A DNA stretch of 64,000 nt from Octopus vulgaris (GCA_951406725.2 OX597821.1:23064001-23128000), one strand, 5' to 3'; shown: positions 12,776 to 26,891, counted from the first letter of the stretch. The notes: generated by a model not told the origin, from the sequence alone. Numbers and translations are program-made.

Positions 12776-13654
12776 CTGCGTATATATATATATATATATA
12801 TAGGCAAATTTGAACTTTGAAAAAATTGTAATTCATTGTTTAAAATAAATTTATTTACATATATACCAAACTAGCTTCAACAATATTTTTTGTTTATCAA
12901 TGGGAAAAAATTAGAATTATGAATTAGAAAAACATCTTTAAAAGTTTCAACGTTGACAAATTAAAATGTTTATAACAGATAAATTTAGAATTATGGATTA
13001 GAAAAACATGTTCAAAAATTTCGATGTTGACAAGTTTAAATGTACATAGCAGTCAATAATATTAAAACTGTGCATTAATTTTTTTGAATGTACAAAGCTC
13101 ATTAGTCTTAGTAATGATCGACAAAAAATGAATATCATCAAAGTTTTAGTCATACTAAGTTAAGAGGGGGGGAAAACAAGGGAGAAATGAAGACAGTAAA
13201 AAAAGGGATTGGATTTACAATTTCTCTGATCCTCTTTCCGTCGTGTGTAGGAACTTTCGCTTGTAACAGTGTGTTTTGGAATCCGGTGTATTTATAATTT
13301 TTTCGATTCGTTAAAGTACTGGTGACGTCTTGTTTTTCCGGTGGTCAAGTTTGTCGTTCTGCCTGGTTGGCTTCCCTGTGGGAAACGGTCATCAGTCGTT
13401 CCGGTTGGTTGATTCTCTTAAAGGGTCATTTTGTTGTATTTACTGAAGTTTAGTTTTGATTGGTCTAGAGTTAGGCGACGTCAGCAACTGGTATTGGTGT
13501 GGTGGTATTGTATGATCATTCGGAGTTGCGGTTTCGAAACCTGGATGGAAGACTGTTACTAAAGTTTTTAAAATTGTTTGTTGTTCCTGGTTGTTGTTTT
13601 TATTGTGGAGAAATTGAATCTTTTTCCCTTTTTCTGTTTAGTGTTTTTTCTTCT

Positions 13655-13990
13655 TTCTAAAGGATATTCAGTTGTGGCTTATATTTTGTAATGAGTATGC
13701 TTTTCTTTTTAAACGGAATTGGCTTGAAGTGTTTCCGGTGCATTGATAGAGAGGGAAGATCTAGGATTTCGGGTTTATGTTTACGGGACATTGGTCTAGG
13801 TGTTTACTTACGGGAATTTTCCTAGTCGCAGGGTCCCGGATTTATTGATTGTGCACCGTTAGTCTGTCCTTCAAGGTTAAACTAGTTTGACTTATGTAGT
13901 CTCCACCACACCCTCCACATTTGGGAACAGATTAAGTTCTTCGAAGCACAGGTGAAGTGATTTTTTACGGTAAAAATTTGACCTGACTTA
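13655..13990 (-). pseudogene. Penelope-like GIY-YIG endonuclease relic
   Basis: FTVKNHFTCASKNLI..CGGCGGDYISQTSLTLKDRLTVH..IRDPATRKIPVSKHLDQC..ITKYKPQLN, with stops and frameshifts. Confidence 0.7.
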
Positions 13991-14689
13991 CATTTGTATG
14001 TTGAGCCCCCTAAGAGAAAGATGCAAGTTCCGCAATGATGAACCTAGTGAACTAAGGAGCAGAAACGTGTGAGAATGGTGTGTGTAAATGTGTATGTGTG
14101 AATGGGGGCGAGTGAGTCTGACGTGTGTATGGGTGTGTGTGAGCATGTGTGTTACGTGTGTGTGAGTTGTATGTAGCAGTTGATACGTGATTTTTTCAAG
14201 TGGTGTGTGTACATGTGTCTCTGTGATCAAATAGTGTGCATGTGTATAGTGAATATATGTGGGCGAAAGTTATCTCTGTCAATGCGTGTTGCGTGTGATT
14301 ATGCGTGTTGCGCGCGCGTGTATATATTGTCTGTGTTCAGGTATTAAGTGCTTGTGTGGGTGTGGGAGTGTGCATGATTGTGTGTGCTGTGTACACTGAG
14401 TTAAACGGTGTGTGTGGCTATTCGTAAAGTGGTATGTGTAGTGACGCTATTGATGATTGAGTGTGGGTGTGTGGATAATGTGTATGGTGTGGGTGCTGAG
14501 AAGTGGTCAGTGCTAGTGAGTGCAGAGTGGGAAGGTGTTGTGGGTGTGTATATGGGTATGTGTATAGTGGTGCGTGTGTGGTGAGGGTTCCGAGGTGGAC
14601 AGTGTTGGTGTGTTGGTGGAGAGGGAAGTTTTATGTGGAAGGTGTGTGGGAATCCGTGTGGGGTTGGTGTCAAATGAAGAGAGGGTGTA

Positions 14690-15757
14690 AGTTGAGCCCA
14701 TATGGCGCAAAGAAACGAAGGAAGAAGATTAATTTCTGTTCATAGCGAAGGCGGGAGTCCGGGTGGCCCTTGAGCAGAGACAGTCCGATTGTAGCGAATG
14801 ACCGGTAGAGCTGAACTGGCGCGAGACCGAGGTGTCATCGCTGAGTCTGATGGCTTGGAGGTGCTCCGTGAACCGGTCAACCAAACGGCGTCCCGTTTGG
14901 CCAACGTACAGGGAAGGACAAAGAGAGCAGGAGATGCAGTAAATAACATTACTAGAGGTGCAGGTAAAGGAGTCGGTGACGTGATAGGGACAGTAATGGG
15001 TGCTTGTGAGGATTATGGTTTGGAGAGGTAGGGGCACGTCTGACAGCGTAAGTGGGAGTAGGGGAAGGAGCCAGGCTGGGGGTGGGGGTAGAGAAGAAAC
15101 TGTGGACCGGCAGATACAAAGGTTATAGACTCGTTTGAGGGAGTAAGTTAGGGAAGATGTGTGAGGTGGTGGGGTTGGACTAGAGCCGCCGGAAGGCTCG
15201 GAGAATGGTGCCCTGGCAAGGTGGTAGGTGAGGGGAAACGGGAGATGAATAAGGATGGGACAGGCGCGAAGAGGAAGAGCAGAGGCATGGCCCACAAGGG
15301 CAGTGTGGATAATAGTGAGGGATATCCACGTAGGATGAAGTTGTGAGCCATGAGTTGAGACTAAGTTTCAAAGTCATGATAATCACTGCAGAGCCTGCGT
15401 AGACGGAGGGATTGGGTGTAGGGAAAGAAGAGGTTGGAGTGGGTAGGGTAGGAGGAGATGTTACGGCGGGAGTGTGAATCAGCGAGATTGTAGTGAAGGT
15501 AGTGAGAGCGGAGTGGTGTATACTGACAGAAATGTTGAGAAATTCGACAGAAGAATTAGAGAGAGTGCAGGAGATTTCGAAGGCAAGATGGAAGGATCGG
15601 GCAAAAGAAAGGAGTCCAGTTGTTCGCGGGAGAGTGAGGTCGCGCCAATACAGTCATCGATATAATGACCATATAGCTCAGGAGAGGGACCAGTAAATTA
15701 TAAGAATATTTGGGCCTCAGCGTAGCCAACAAACAGGTTTGCATGGTTGAGGCCCAT
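14690..15757 (-). mobile_element. Penelope-like element relic (RT C-half + GIY-YIG)
   Basis: MGLNHANLFVGYAE, HYIDDC (RT), LRLRRLCSD, NFILRGYP, SFTCTSSNVIYCISCSLCPSLYVGQTGRRLVDRFTEH, EQKLIF..PYGLN. Confidence 0.9.
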
Positions 15758-15923
15758 ACATATGTGTTATATATTCATGTGTATATACGTATGTTTGTAT
15801 GTATGCACGTACATACGAATATATTATATATGTATGCGTGTGTGTGTACGTGTTTTTATTTTTATGTATATATATATACATATATGTGTGTGTGTATGTG
15901 TTTATACATAAATACACATACAT

Positions 15924-16089
15924 AGGCGCAGGAGTGGCTGTGTGGTAAGTAGCTTGCTAACCAACAACATGGTTCCGGGTTCAGTCCCACTGCGTGGCAT
16001 CTTGGGCAAGTGTCTTCTGCTATAGCCCCGGGCCGACCAATGCCTTGTGAGTGGATTTGGTAGACAGAAACTGAAAGAAGTCTGTCGTA

Positions 16090-16126
<37 letters not shown>

Positions 16127-16345
16127 ATGTGTGCGTGTATGTTTGTGTGTCTGTGTTTGTCCCCCTAGCATTGCTTGACAACCGATGCTGGTGTGTTTAC
16201 GTCCCCGTCACTTAGCGGTTCGGAAAAAGAGACCGATAGAATAAGTACTAGGCTTACAAAGAATAAGTCCCAGGGTCGAGTTGCTAGACTAAAGACGGTG
16301 CTCCAGCATGGCCGCAGTCAAATGACTGAAACAAGTATAAGAAAA
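15924..16345 (+). mobile_element. SINE family B, full length
   Basis: AGGCGCAGGAGTGGCTGTGTGGTAAG..GGTTCAGTCCC (tRNA-like A/B boxes), internal (TA)n/(TG)n, 3' body ending CAAATGACTGAAACAAGT. Confidence 0.9.
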
Positions 16346-16659
16346 GAAAGAAAGAGAAAGAACATATATATATATGCATTTATAGGTACAGGGTGTGTGT
16401 GTGTGTCTGTGTGCGCGCACATGATATTTTTAGATTTATATATTTACTTGTCGGTTCAGTATGATTTCCTGTTTTTGCTGTTGTTGTCTTAATGCTATTA
16501 TTATTGCTGGTGTTGGTGTTGGTGTTGGTGATGCCGTTACCGTTTCTGTTTCTGTTATTGGTGAGTTTTTATTATTATTGTAGGTGGCGGGGGTGGGGGA
16601 TCATGGGTGTTGGCTGTTTATAGCTTTTTTTTGACGACGACAAACACGAGTTTCATGAA

Positions 16660-16715
16660 GATGATGATGATGATGGTGGTGGTGGTGGTGGTGGTGGTAG
16701 TAGGGATGCTGATGG

Positions 16716-16746
<31 letters not shown>

Positions 16747-16942
16747 AATGACGTGAGCGTTTGGCACAGGTGAAATATGTTTCTTTAGGCGAGGAATTTG
16801 GCAGACTTGAAGTAGTCATGCTTGGCTGGAAAATTCTGCTAAAACAACTAAAACGATTACTACAACAACTACTGTTACTACTACCACCACCACCACCACC
16901 ACTACCACTACTACTACTACTACTACCACCACCACCACCACC

Positions 16943-17000
<58 letters not shown>

Positions 17001-17350
17001 ATGTTACCACCACCACCACCACCACCACCACCACCACCACCACCACCACTACTACTACTACTACTACCACCAATACCACCACCACGACTACTACTACTAC
17101 AATTATTGCTGTTATTGATATTACTACCGTAAACATCACCTCCACCACCAGAACCAATACTGTATCAACAACATATCATCATCAGCAGCAGCAACACCGC
17201 CCTACTATTACCACCACTACTACTACTACTACTAAAAACAAGGTGTGACAAGCACAACCAAAAGTACTACTACTACTACTACTACTGCTACTACTACCGC
17301 TACCACTACTACTACTACTAAAAACAAGGTGTGACAAGCACAACCAAAAG

Positions 17351-17398
<48 letters not shown>

Positions 17399-17690
17399 CA
17401 CAACCACAACCCTTAACATCACCCCTACCACCATCATCATTGCTACTACATCAGCGACGTCATACAAACAGCAGTACCTTCCTATTACCACCCCTACCAC
17501 TACCACTACCACTATTAGCAAGGTGTGCTCGCTCAAGGTTGACTTGAAGCTAATTAACAACAACAACAACAACTACTACTATGACGACGACGACAACTGC
17601 TCTTACCACCAGCATAACCTCCAACAATAACATCACTGCCACCACCACCCACAACCACCACCACCACCACCTCCACCACCACTGCTAACG
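16660..17690. repeat. Mosaic trinucleotide array (GAT/GGT/CTA/CCA/CAA) with an 85-bp internal duplication
   Basis: Direct reading; AAAAACAAGGTGTGACAAGCACAACCAAAAG occurs at about 17234 and 17320. Confidence 0.9.
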
Positions 17691-17919
17691 ACACGAGATC
17701 CTGTACATGGCCTCTCGAAGAACTAGAAATAATAGCCTTGTATCTCCCTCAAATGATCGTAATGTTTGTAATAATGTCTAAGACTTAATCTTTCCTCCTA
17801 CACGGTGGACGGACATAATTGTTAGTAGTGGAAAAAATTGAACAGAACAATTTATATGGAGTAATTATAAGGTTAAGGTGCGGAACGTACAATTTCCTGT
17901 AATTCAGATCGCATCATGG

Positions 17920-18290
17920 CACTAGCAAACAAAAGTGGGAAAGTGCTGCCCCGGAAGATGGTGAGGGAGATGCGCTGGAACAGCCACTTCGACTCACAGG
18001 GATCGCACTTACGGGTAGCCATCGCCAACTCGATAGCGGTGAGCAGGAATATGGTCAAGGAGCTGAGAACGCCGGAGGTCCCCACTGCCACAAGCTCAAC
18101 CATAAACCTGTCAGAGAGTGGCCGTTACCTTGACAGTTTACTTTTCTCAGCCTGACGAGCTAAACACGTAGCTAAACACGTCAAGTTGTTACTGGAGAAG
18201 GTGTCACTGCATGTGACAACAAATGAGGGGCCTACCGCCACGGAACAGGAAAATTGTCATACCGTCAGGGCTTTTAACGTCTCCTCGGTC
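17920..18290 (-). pseudogene. CRE-clade retrotransposon RLE relic
   Basis: DRGDVKSPDGMTIF..GR.L..TCSDTF..AEKSK..VAVGTSG..DPCESKWLFQRISLTIFRG (PD-D/ExK plus CRE C-terminal motif). Confidence 0.75.
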
Positions 18291-18308
18291 TAGTCCTGCT
18301 GGCTCGAG

Positions 18309-18717
18309 CTGAATAACCAGCTGGAGGAGACGTCCGCCTGGGGTTAAAATAGCAGTATCATCTATTCACAGAGAACACCCAGTGTAGATACTGCTTTCGT
18401 CTCTTATAGGGATTTTCTTAACGAGCTAGTTTGCTTGTTGTAAGATCAGTAACTGTATGTTATTTATTTTCTATATATTGCAAGCTGGCATGAACTACTA
18501 CTATGTCTAGCAGATGAGTATCCATCACCGAGGATGACCATAAAGAGGTCGAAAGCACGCGGTCTGATAGTCTCGATAGTTAGAATAGTAAGGAGTTGTC
18601 TCCCCGCTTGCAATGTATATCGAGTGTGAAGCGCACTGAATAACCAGCTGGAGGAGACGTCCGCCTGGGGTTAAAATAACAGTATCGTCTGTTCTTACAG
18701 AACACCCATGTTTAGAT
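18309..18717 (+). mobile_element. 327-bp unit with about 80-bp terminal direct repeat and decayed hammerhead (18523-18570)
   Basis: CTGAATAACCAGCTGGAGGAGACGTCCGCCTGGGGTTAAAATA at 18309 and 18636; ATCA-CCGAGGA-T-GACC..GGTC-GAAA..GTC-TGAT. Confidence 0.65.
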
Positions 18718-18799
18718 GGCAATAAACATTACTTCTTTTATATCCTTATAATAAAAGTGCATTTTTTTTTTAGTCTAGTCAATGATTTATGATTTTGTT

Positions 18800-19250
18800 T
18801 AAGGGTGGCATGACAAGGGTACATTGGACAGCAAGATGTCTCCAATAATCCCCATTTTGAGCATAGTCGCCTGCATCTTGCTTCAGATCCTTTCCGAATG
18901 TGGCGCGCCATGTCTTTCTAGGTCTCCCTCTCTTATTTCGCTCCCCTGATGGTACCCACTGGGTATTCGTTTTCCAGTTAGTCGAAAAACATAACCTGAC
19001 AAATCTCACCGTATTTATTCCGCCATAATTGCCTCTTCAGCCAGTGTAGATTGGCAGATCGGGGCAATGCTGATGGCATTGCGCTGCTGGCAGAGTTATG
19101 CACAGTGTTCCAGCAAATGACGACCAGAGGGGTTGAAGAAACGGCAAAGCAGGCCTACGGGGTCAGCCCCAAGAAAACTAAAGTGATGAAAGCCTATGGG
19201 CAAAAGAGAGATGTAAATTCTAAGGGTTGAAGACGATAATGTAATTCCTT
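18800..19250 (-). mobile_element. RTE-clade LINE 3' relic
   Basis: QWVPSGERNKRGRPRKTWRATFGKDL..AQNGDYWR resembles the RTE C-terminus. Confidence 0.6.
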
Positions 19251-19350
19251 GACAAAAATACACAGTTCTAAAGACGGGAATGTCACAACTGGAATGTAAT
19301 TCATAATAGGTCTGCTTGATCATGGCTGTGCTGGAGCTAAACAACAAAAG

Positions 19351-19351
19351 G

Positions 19352-19397
<46 letters not shown>

Positions 19398-19432
19398 AAC
19401 CACTACTACTACTGCTGCTGCTGCTGCTGGTG

Positions 19433-19487
<55 letters not shown>
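19351..19487. repeat. (CTA)n..(GTA)n quasi-palindromic trinucleotide array
   Basis: CTA run, then CTG/GTG, then TAG run (mutually complementary arms). Confidence 0.9.
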
Positions 19488-19591
19488 ATACTGTACATTT
19501 CTGCTGCCATAAATATATTGGTGGTGCCCTGTGTGAAGTGGGAATTGACTTTCATTGTTCCTGTAATTCATTAGTGAAACAAACCAAACCA

Positions 19592-20330
19592 GGTGAAACT
19601 TTAAAAGGTCGATGAGTGCTTCACCAGGGAGAAAGGTGTTTTTCCTCAATCTTTTCAGTCTTATTTACCACACAACCTCTTTTGTCATAGCCACCAGACA
19701 GAGGGACACTGCCTGTCCTACCTTGTTAAAGGTAGGTGGTGGTGAGCTGGCAGAATCGTTAGCACGCCGGGCGAAATGCGTAGTCGTATTTCGTCTGCCG
19801 TTACGTTCTGAGTTCAAACTCCGCCGAGGTCGACTTTGCCTTTCATTCTTTCGAGTTCGATAAATTAAGTACCAGTTACGCTCTGGGGTCGATGTAATCG
19901 ACTTAATACCTAGGTCTATCCTTGTTTGTCCCCTCTATGTTTACCCCTTGTGGGTAATAAAGAAATAGGTAGGTGGTGAGACAATCCTCACAATGGTATT
20001 CAGCATCTAGTCGGATCCGTCACCAAACATGATAACAGCTATGCGTCCATAACTCCACATGTCAGCAATACTCGTACACTGCACCAGTGCATGCAGAACG
20101 GCTTCGTCTCTCTGCGCACATCTCGAACAGTCCAGTGTGACAGCGCTTCCGTGTCTGTAGAGTTTATCTCGAACTAGCAGCGCTCCTCGGTAGCACTGCC
20201 CCAGGCCAGGGATTTTTGGAAGTTATTCATGGTATTACCGGGCCCGAAAGTCCGTCGAAATAGACCAGCTAGTTCATGTTCGTCGTTGCCTAAAGTTTCT
20301 CCGAGAACGTCATCGTTCTTATCCATCACT
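19592..20330 (-). mobile_element. Older diverged Tx1 ORF2 3' fragment
   Basis: Colinear with 31131-31625 (e.g. GTAGAGTTTATCTCGAAC, CCTCGGTAGCACTGCC, GGCCCGAAAGTCC, CCGAGAACGTC). Confidence 0.85.
19741..19966 (+). mobile_element. SINE family A nested in Tx1 fragment, 11-bp TSD
   Basis: AGGTAGGTGGT at 19730-19740 and 19967-19977. Confidence 0.9.
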
Positions 20331-20387
20331 AATAATAAAACGAAATGATTAAATAAATAATTAGTTACCTAGATTAAGTGTACTCTC

Positions 20388-20705
20388 AAGAGGAAGAAGA
20401 AGAAGAAGAAGAAGAAGAAGAAGAAGAAGAAGAAGAGGGAGAAGAAGAAGAGGAAGAGGAAGAAGAAGAAGAGGAAGAGGAAGAGGAAGAAGAAGAAGAA
20501 GAAGAGGAGGAGGAAGAAGAAGAAGAAGAAAAAGAAGAGGAGGAGGAAGAAGAAGAAGAAGAAGAAGAGGAGGAAGAAGAAGAAGAAGAAGAAGAAGAAG
20601 AGAAGAAGAAAAAGAAGAGGAGGAAGAAGAAGAAGAAGAAGAAGAAGAAGAAGAAGAAGAAGAAGAAAAGAAGAAGAAGAAGAAGAAGAAGAAGAAGAAG
20701 AAGAA

Positions 20706-20794
<89 letters not shown>

Positions 20795-20964
20795 AGAAGA
20801 AAAAGAAGAAGAAGAAGAAGAAGAAGAAGAAGAAGAAGAAGAAGAAGAAGAAGAAGAAGAAGAAGAAGAAGAGGAGGAGGAAGAAGAAGAAGAAGAAGAA
20901 GAAGAAGAAGAAGAAGAAAAAGAAGAAGAGGAAGAAGAAGAAGAAGAAAAAGAAGAAGAAGAAA
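20388..20964. repeat. (GAA/GAG)n pure-purine tract, about 575 bp
   Basis: Direct reading. Confidence 0.95.
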
Positions 20965-20985
20965 TGTTTTTAAAATTAACAATAA

Positions 20986-21162
20986 AGCGTAGGAGTGGCT
21001 GTGTGGTAAGTAGCTTGCTTACGAACCACATGGTTCTGAGTTCAGTCCCACTGCGTGGCACCTTGTGCAAGTGTCTTCTGCTATAGCCTCGGGCTGACCA
21101 AAACCTTGTGAGTGGATTTAGTAGACGGAAACTGAAAGAAGCCCGTCGTATATATGTATATC

Positions 21163-21203
<41 letters not shown>

Positions 21204-21385
21204 TTGTATGTCCGTGTTTGTCCCCTCCCCAGCATCGCTTGACAACTGATGCTGGTGTGTTTACGTCCCCGTAACTTAGCGGTTCGGCAAACGAGGCCGA
21301 TAGAATAAGTACTAGGCTTACAAAGAATAAGTCCTGGGGTTGATTTGCTCGACTACAGGCGAAACAAGTAAAAGAGTAAAAGTAA
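20986..21385 (+). mobile_element. SINE family B
   Basis: Head, internal (TG)n and body; short 3' deletion. Confidence 0.9.
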
Positions 21386-21426
21386 TAAATTTCCCAACTT
21401 AATTTATGTGTATATGAAAAAAGTAT

Positions 21427-21470
21427 GCTATACTAACGAGGTCAAATAGACCGAAACATATGTCCATAGT
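21427..21470 (+). ncRNA. Minimal type I hammerhead (G5A mutant)
   Basis: GCTATA-CTAACGA-GGTC-AAATA-GACC-GAAA-CATATG-TC-CATAGT; palindromic ACATATGT, GUC site. Confidence 0.7.
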
Positions 21471-21689
21471 TCTTCCCGGTCTGTAAATAAAGACCATACT
21501 GCCTTTTCCTTTAACATATAAATTAACTTGACAAATAAATTCATAATTCTTTGAGGTTCTCTTCCTTTATCTCGGAGGGTTACAAAAACTTGTTACACCT
21601 TTTCATTTTATTTCTTCAACTTATAGGGAAAATTTCAATAAATTCAAGACGGACTGTGAACTACGGCATTCAGTACATGATCCCTTAAT

Positions 21690-21905
21690 TATCCTTTCTA
21701 CTGAAGGCACAAGGCCTGAAATTTGTGGGGAGGGGACAAGTCGATTACATCGACTTCAGTATTTCACCGATACTGAATTTATCGATCCCGAAAGAACGAA
21801 AGACAAAGTTCAGCTCAGCGAAATTTGAACCCAGGACGTGAAGACAGACGAAATGCTGCTAAGCATTTTCCCCGGCGTGCTAACGATTCTGCCAGCTCGC
21901 CGCCT
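21690..21905 (-). mobile_element. SINE family A
   Basis: Head AAGGCGGCGAGCTGGCAGAATCG, tail AGGC-CTTGT-GCCT. Confidence 0.85.
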
Positions 21906-21925
21906 TACATGACCCTCTAATTGTA

Positions 21926-21969
<44 letters not shown>

Positions 21970-22535
21970 ACGCGCTCACACATATTCGTCCAATCGAGTA
22001 ACGAGGAACATCTAGCCAGCCTTAAGGATGACTAATAACTGAATTTTGTTAAAAGTAAAGAAGAATTGTGCACCGTAGGTCTAACTTTCTCGTCCGTGAC
22101 TATCTTCAACCCAGTAGCAAGACCGGGCCGAGTCGACCAGCTGGGGATGGAAACGAATGCAGTGGACGATCAAGATGTCTTACTTGCTTATCTTACTCTC
22201 TGCACTTCACAAAGCGTGGCTGCATCCGCCTTTTCCTCCATTGAAGCATGAAGGTTTCTTCCGCAGAAACTGCCGGATCCTGTCTTTACATGCACAGGCA
22301 GGCAAGCCTTAATATGCTAATTAAACCATAGCTGGGACCTCGACATACGCCTACGTAATTATACAAATTCACACACACACAGGAACACACAGAGGAACAC
22401 ACACACACACACACACACACACATCAAACGTTGAATTGCGTCTAACAAATAAGAAAGGAGTGCTAAATACATGTTATAGAGTACATATTATTTAACTCGA
22501 ATTTCCCCGCGAATTACACACACACACAAACATAC

Positions 22536-22604
<69 letters not shown>

Positions 22605-22653
22605 GTATATATGTATGTATGTATGTATGTATGTTTGTGTGTATATATATATG

Positions 22654-22725
<72 letters not shown>

Positions 22726-22791
22726 GAGAGAAATATTATTATTTCTAAATCTCTCTAAAGGAGACTACGGCAGTAGTATTGGGTATTAATA

Positions 22792-23032
22792 GTTATCGCC
22801 AAGCTAACATGGCAGTACAGAAAAATAGGACGAATGCTGCCGTTGATTAGCTCCATGAGAAACTAGTCTGTTGTTGCTTGAACCAGCATGCTGATGGCCT
22901 CCCCTGTTCGAAGGTTGTAATGGACACGGGTTTGTGTGTTACATAGCTAGCTTAAAGCGATGGCTTCTTGGAGCTAATCAACGACAGCATTCGTCCTATT
23001 TTTCTGGACTGCTAAGTTAGCTTGGCGATAAC
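22792..23032. mobile_element. MITE with about 65-bp TIRs and TA TSD
   Basis: TA|GTTATCGCCAAGCTAAC..AAAATAGGACGAATGCTG..GATTAGCTCCA versus its reverse complement ending GGCGATAAC|TA. Confidence 0.85.
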
Positions 23033-23040
23033 TATATATA

Positions 23041-23229
23041 TATAAGTAAATAAATGGAGTTGAACGCAGATGTCATTAAAATTCTTTTACTTTCGACATA
23101 TGTTTCGAAGACAACATTGGTTTTATTCCAAAGGAATATACGGTTTATTCCTTTGGAATAAAACCAATGTTGTCCGAAAATAAAAGAATTTGAATAACAT
23201 CTGCGTTCAACTCCATTTATTTACTTATA
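23041..23229 (-). repeat. 189-bp foldback containing a hammerhead half (GAAA-CATATG-TC), CUGANGA core missing
   Basis: Outer arms about 55 bp, inner perfect 29-bp arms GACAACATTGGTTTTATTCCAAAGGAATA; asymmetric bulge ACATATGTTTCGAA. Confidence 0.8.
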
Positions 23230-23643
23230 CTATACAAATTACTGCACATTAACCCGGAGTTTCTACCTTTGAATAGGTCGCTACATCCTTGTTACTTGCG
23301 TGAATTTTGCTAACCTGGTAACTGTTTATTGAATTCTCCGTGTTAACTGTAAACAAAGGATAATTCATTCATCCATTCATATATATATATGCTGTTGTGT
23401 TTACGTCCCCGCAATTTAGCCGTGTTTTAAAACACACTGATAAAATAAGTACTATGCTTGCAAAGAATAAATCATGGGGTCGATTTCTTCGACTAAAGGC
23501 GTTTCTCCAGCAAGTAAAGCAATAAAAAAACTATGCCATATTAATCCCGAGCAACGCCGGGTATCTCTGCTAGTATATATATAAAATACAGAAGACGAAA
23601 TATAGAATACAAAATAAACAAAACGAGTTATGTAATAATCTTA

Positions 23644-23786
23644 TCTTGACAGCTGTTTCGAGTAAACCGTGGCTTATGCAGTAACCCTGCTCATTACCTA
23701 ATAAAGAATCATAATATCGTAGGTGTATGAACAATACGTGTTCCTTTGGATTCGTAAGGCAAGGTCAAGTCACTATCATCAGAAGA
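23644..23786 (-). ncRNA. Type I hammerhead with long stem II
   Basis: TCTT-CTGATGA-T-AGTGA..(about 115 nt)..TTTACT-C-GAAA-CAGCTG-TC-AAGA; palindromic ACAGCTGT, GUC site. Confidence 0.65.
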
Positions 23787-24914
23787 ATGTGGCTTTTTTG
23801 TCACTTTCTATTATGATGGCAAATATGTAATTTTGTGTTCATTGGTGATTATGATAAGATTTGTGTGAAGAGATATTGGGGCTCCACGTAGGACTAGCAA
23901 AGCCCTTGATGGATTTAATGTTCTGTTTTTTTTTCTTTCTGTATGTACGTCGTGGCTGTATTTTTTGTTTTATTTTTTAAAAAATGTTTTTGACAAAATA
24001 TGGTATATGTGATTGTTCTTAATATGTATGTGCGTCATTTGTGACGGTGTTGTTTCATTTTTGTCTTGTACGTTTATGACACTTATGGTTATTGGTTATG
24101 ATGTATGGTTTTTTAAAAAAATTTCTCTTGTTTTGCAAGTAGCATCTTCATTTGGTAGATGTTATTTGAAGTCTGTTATTTTCAAACCAAGTTTCTGTCA
24201 TATATCGTTGAGGAAAAAAATGGAATAGCTACACTGCTGAGTGTGGGGAATAACAGCGAGATTTGGGTCTACTATCAGGTATGAGAGGCACTTATGGTCA
24301 TTGAGTGTAATGTTTGGTTGTACTTAATTTTTCTTTTATGCTGTTAATTACAAGGGCGACAGTATATTTGGTAGTTTCAAGGCGGCTTATAGAAGATTGC
24401 ACTCGCCGCTCAGATGTGTATGGGGAAGGGTGTGAGGATTTTGTGTTTACTATCATCTACGCATGAGGATGTCTGCTTATTCTGAAAACATGAAAACATG
24501 AAAACATTACGCAGGATAGGTTGAAAAACGGGAAAATGTGCGAGATCTTGGTCTGGTGCCGTTTGGGAAATTGCGAATTATGAAAGAACTATTTTCATCT
24601 TTGTGCCACAACTTAGGCTTGGCTAGTTGGCAGGTGGTCGCTATCCTGCACATCGTAATAATTTTTAACGAGATATCGAGTACTTTGCGTACTCAGTAGC
24701 GGGGATCGTAGCAGGAGTGAGCATGCGCAGAGGTAACTTAGTATGCGTGGAAGTGTTGTAGCGTGCAACTGTCGTGGTCGCTAGCGACTAATAAAGATAC
24801 TCGCTTAGGTACATTTTTAATCTACTCTGCCAAGGTCTTTTGCGATACATTTGTATCTCGCGTAAAGTAGGTTATCTAGAAATCAGTACATGATGTTTGC
24901 GAAAACAGAAGTGT

Positions 24915-26530
<1,616 letters not shown>

Positions 26531-26791
26531 CTATACAAGAATGTCCCCTTCATCCTTTCTATCTTCTTTCACTATGTAATTCTTTTGGTTCACTGCTCCG
26601 TTTATTTACCACCACTACAACCAACACCACCACCACCACCACCACCACCACCATCGCTGCTACCACCACACTCACATCAACGGTACTCTATCCTCAGCCC
26701 CCCCCCCCCCCATCTCACAAGAGTACACCTCACCAGGTGCGGCGAGCGCACCCTTCTACATCAACTGCATTGTTGCTAAAGGCGAAAATGC

Positions 26792-26839
<48 letters not shown>

Positions 26840-26891
26840 AGTGGTTGTTGTTGTGGTGGTGGTAGTAGTAGTAGTGGTGGTAGTAGTAGTG

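Noticed and set aside
13320-13402. CTGATGA on - strand downstream of GIY-YIG relic
   Set aside because: No convincing GAAA or stem I partner found by eye.
20369-21235. Poly-Glu/Arg/Ser/Leu ORFs
   Set aside because: (GAA)n microsatellite plus SINE sequence.
24230-24860. Possible PLE N-terminal relic (PNITLNDHKCLSYL..DPNLAVIP on -)
   Set aside because: Single weak motif; position upstream of a hammerhead is suggestive but insufficient.
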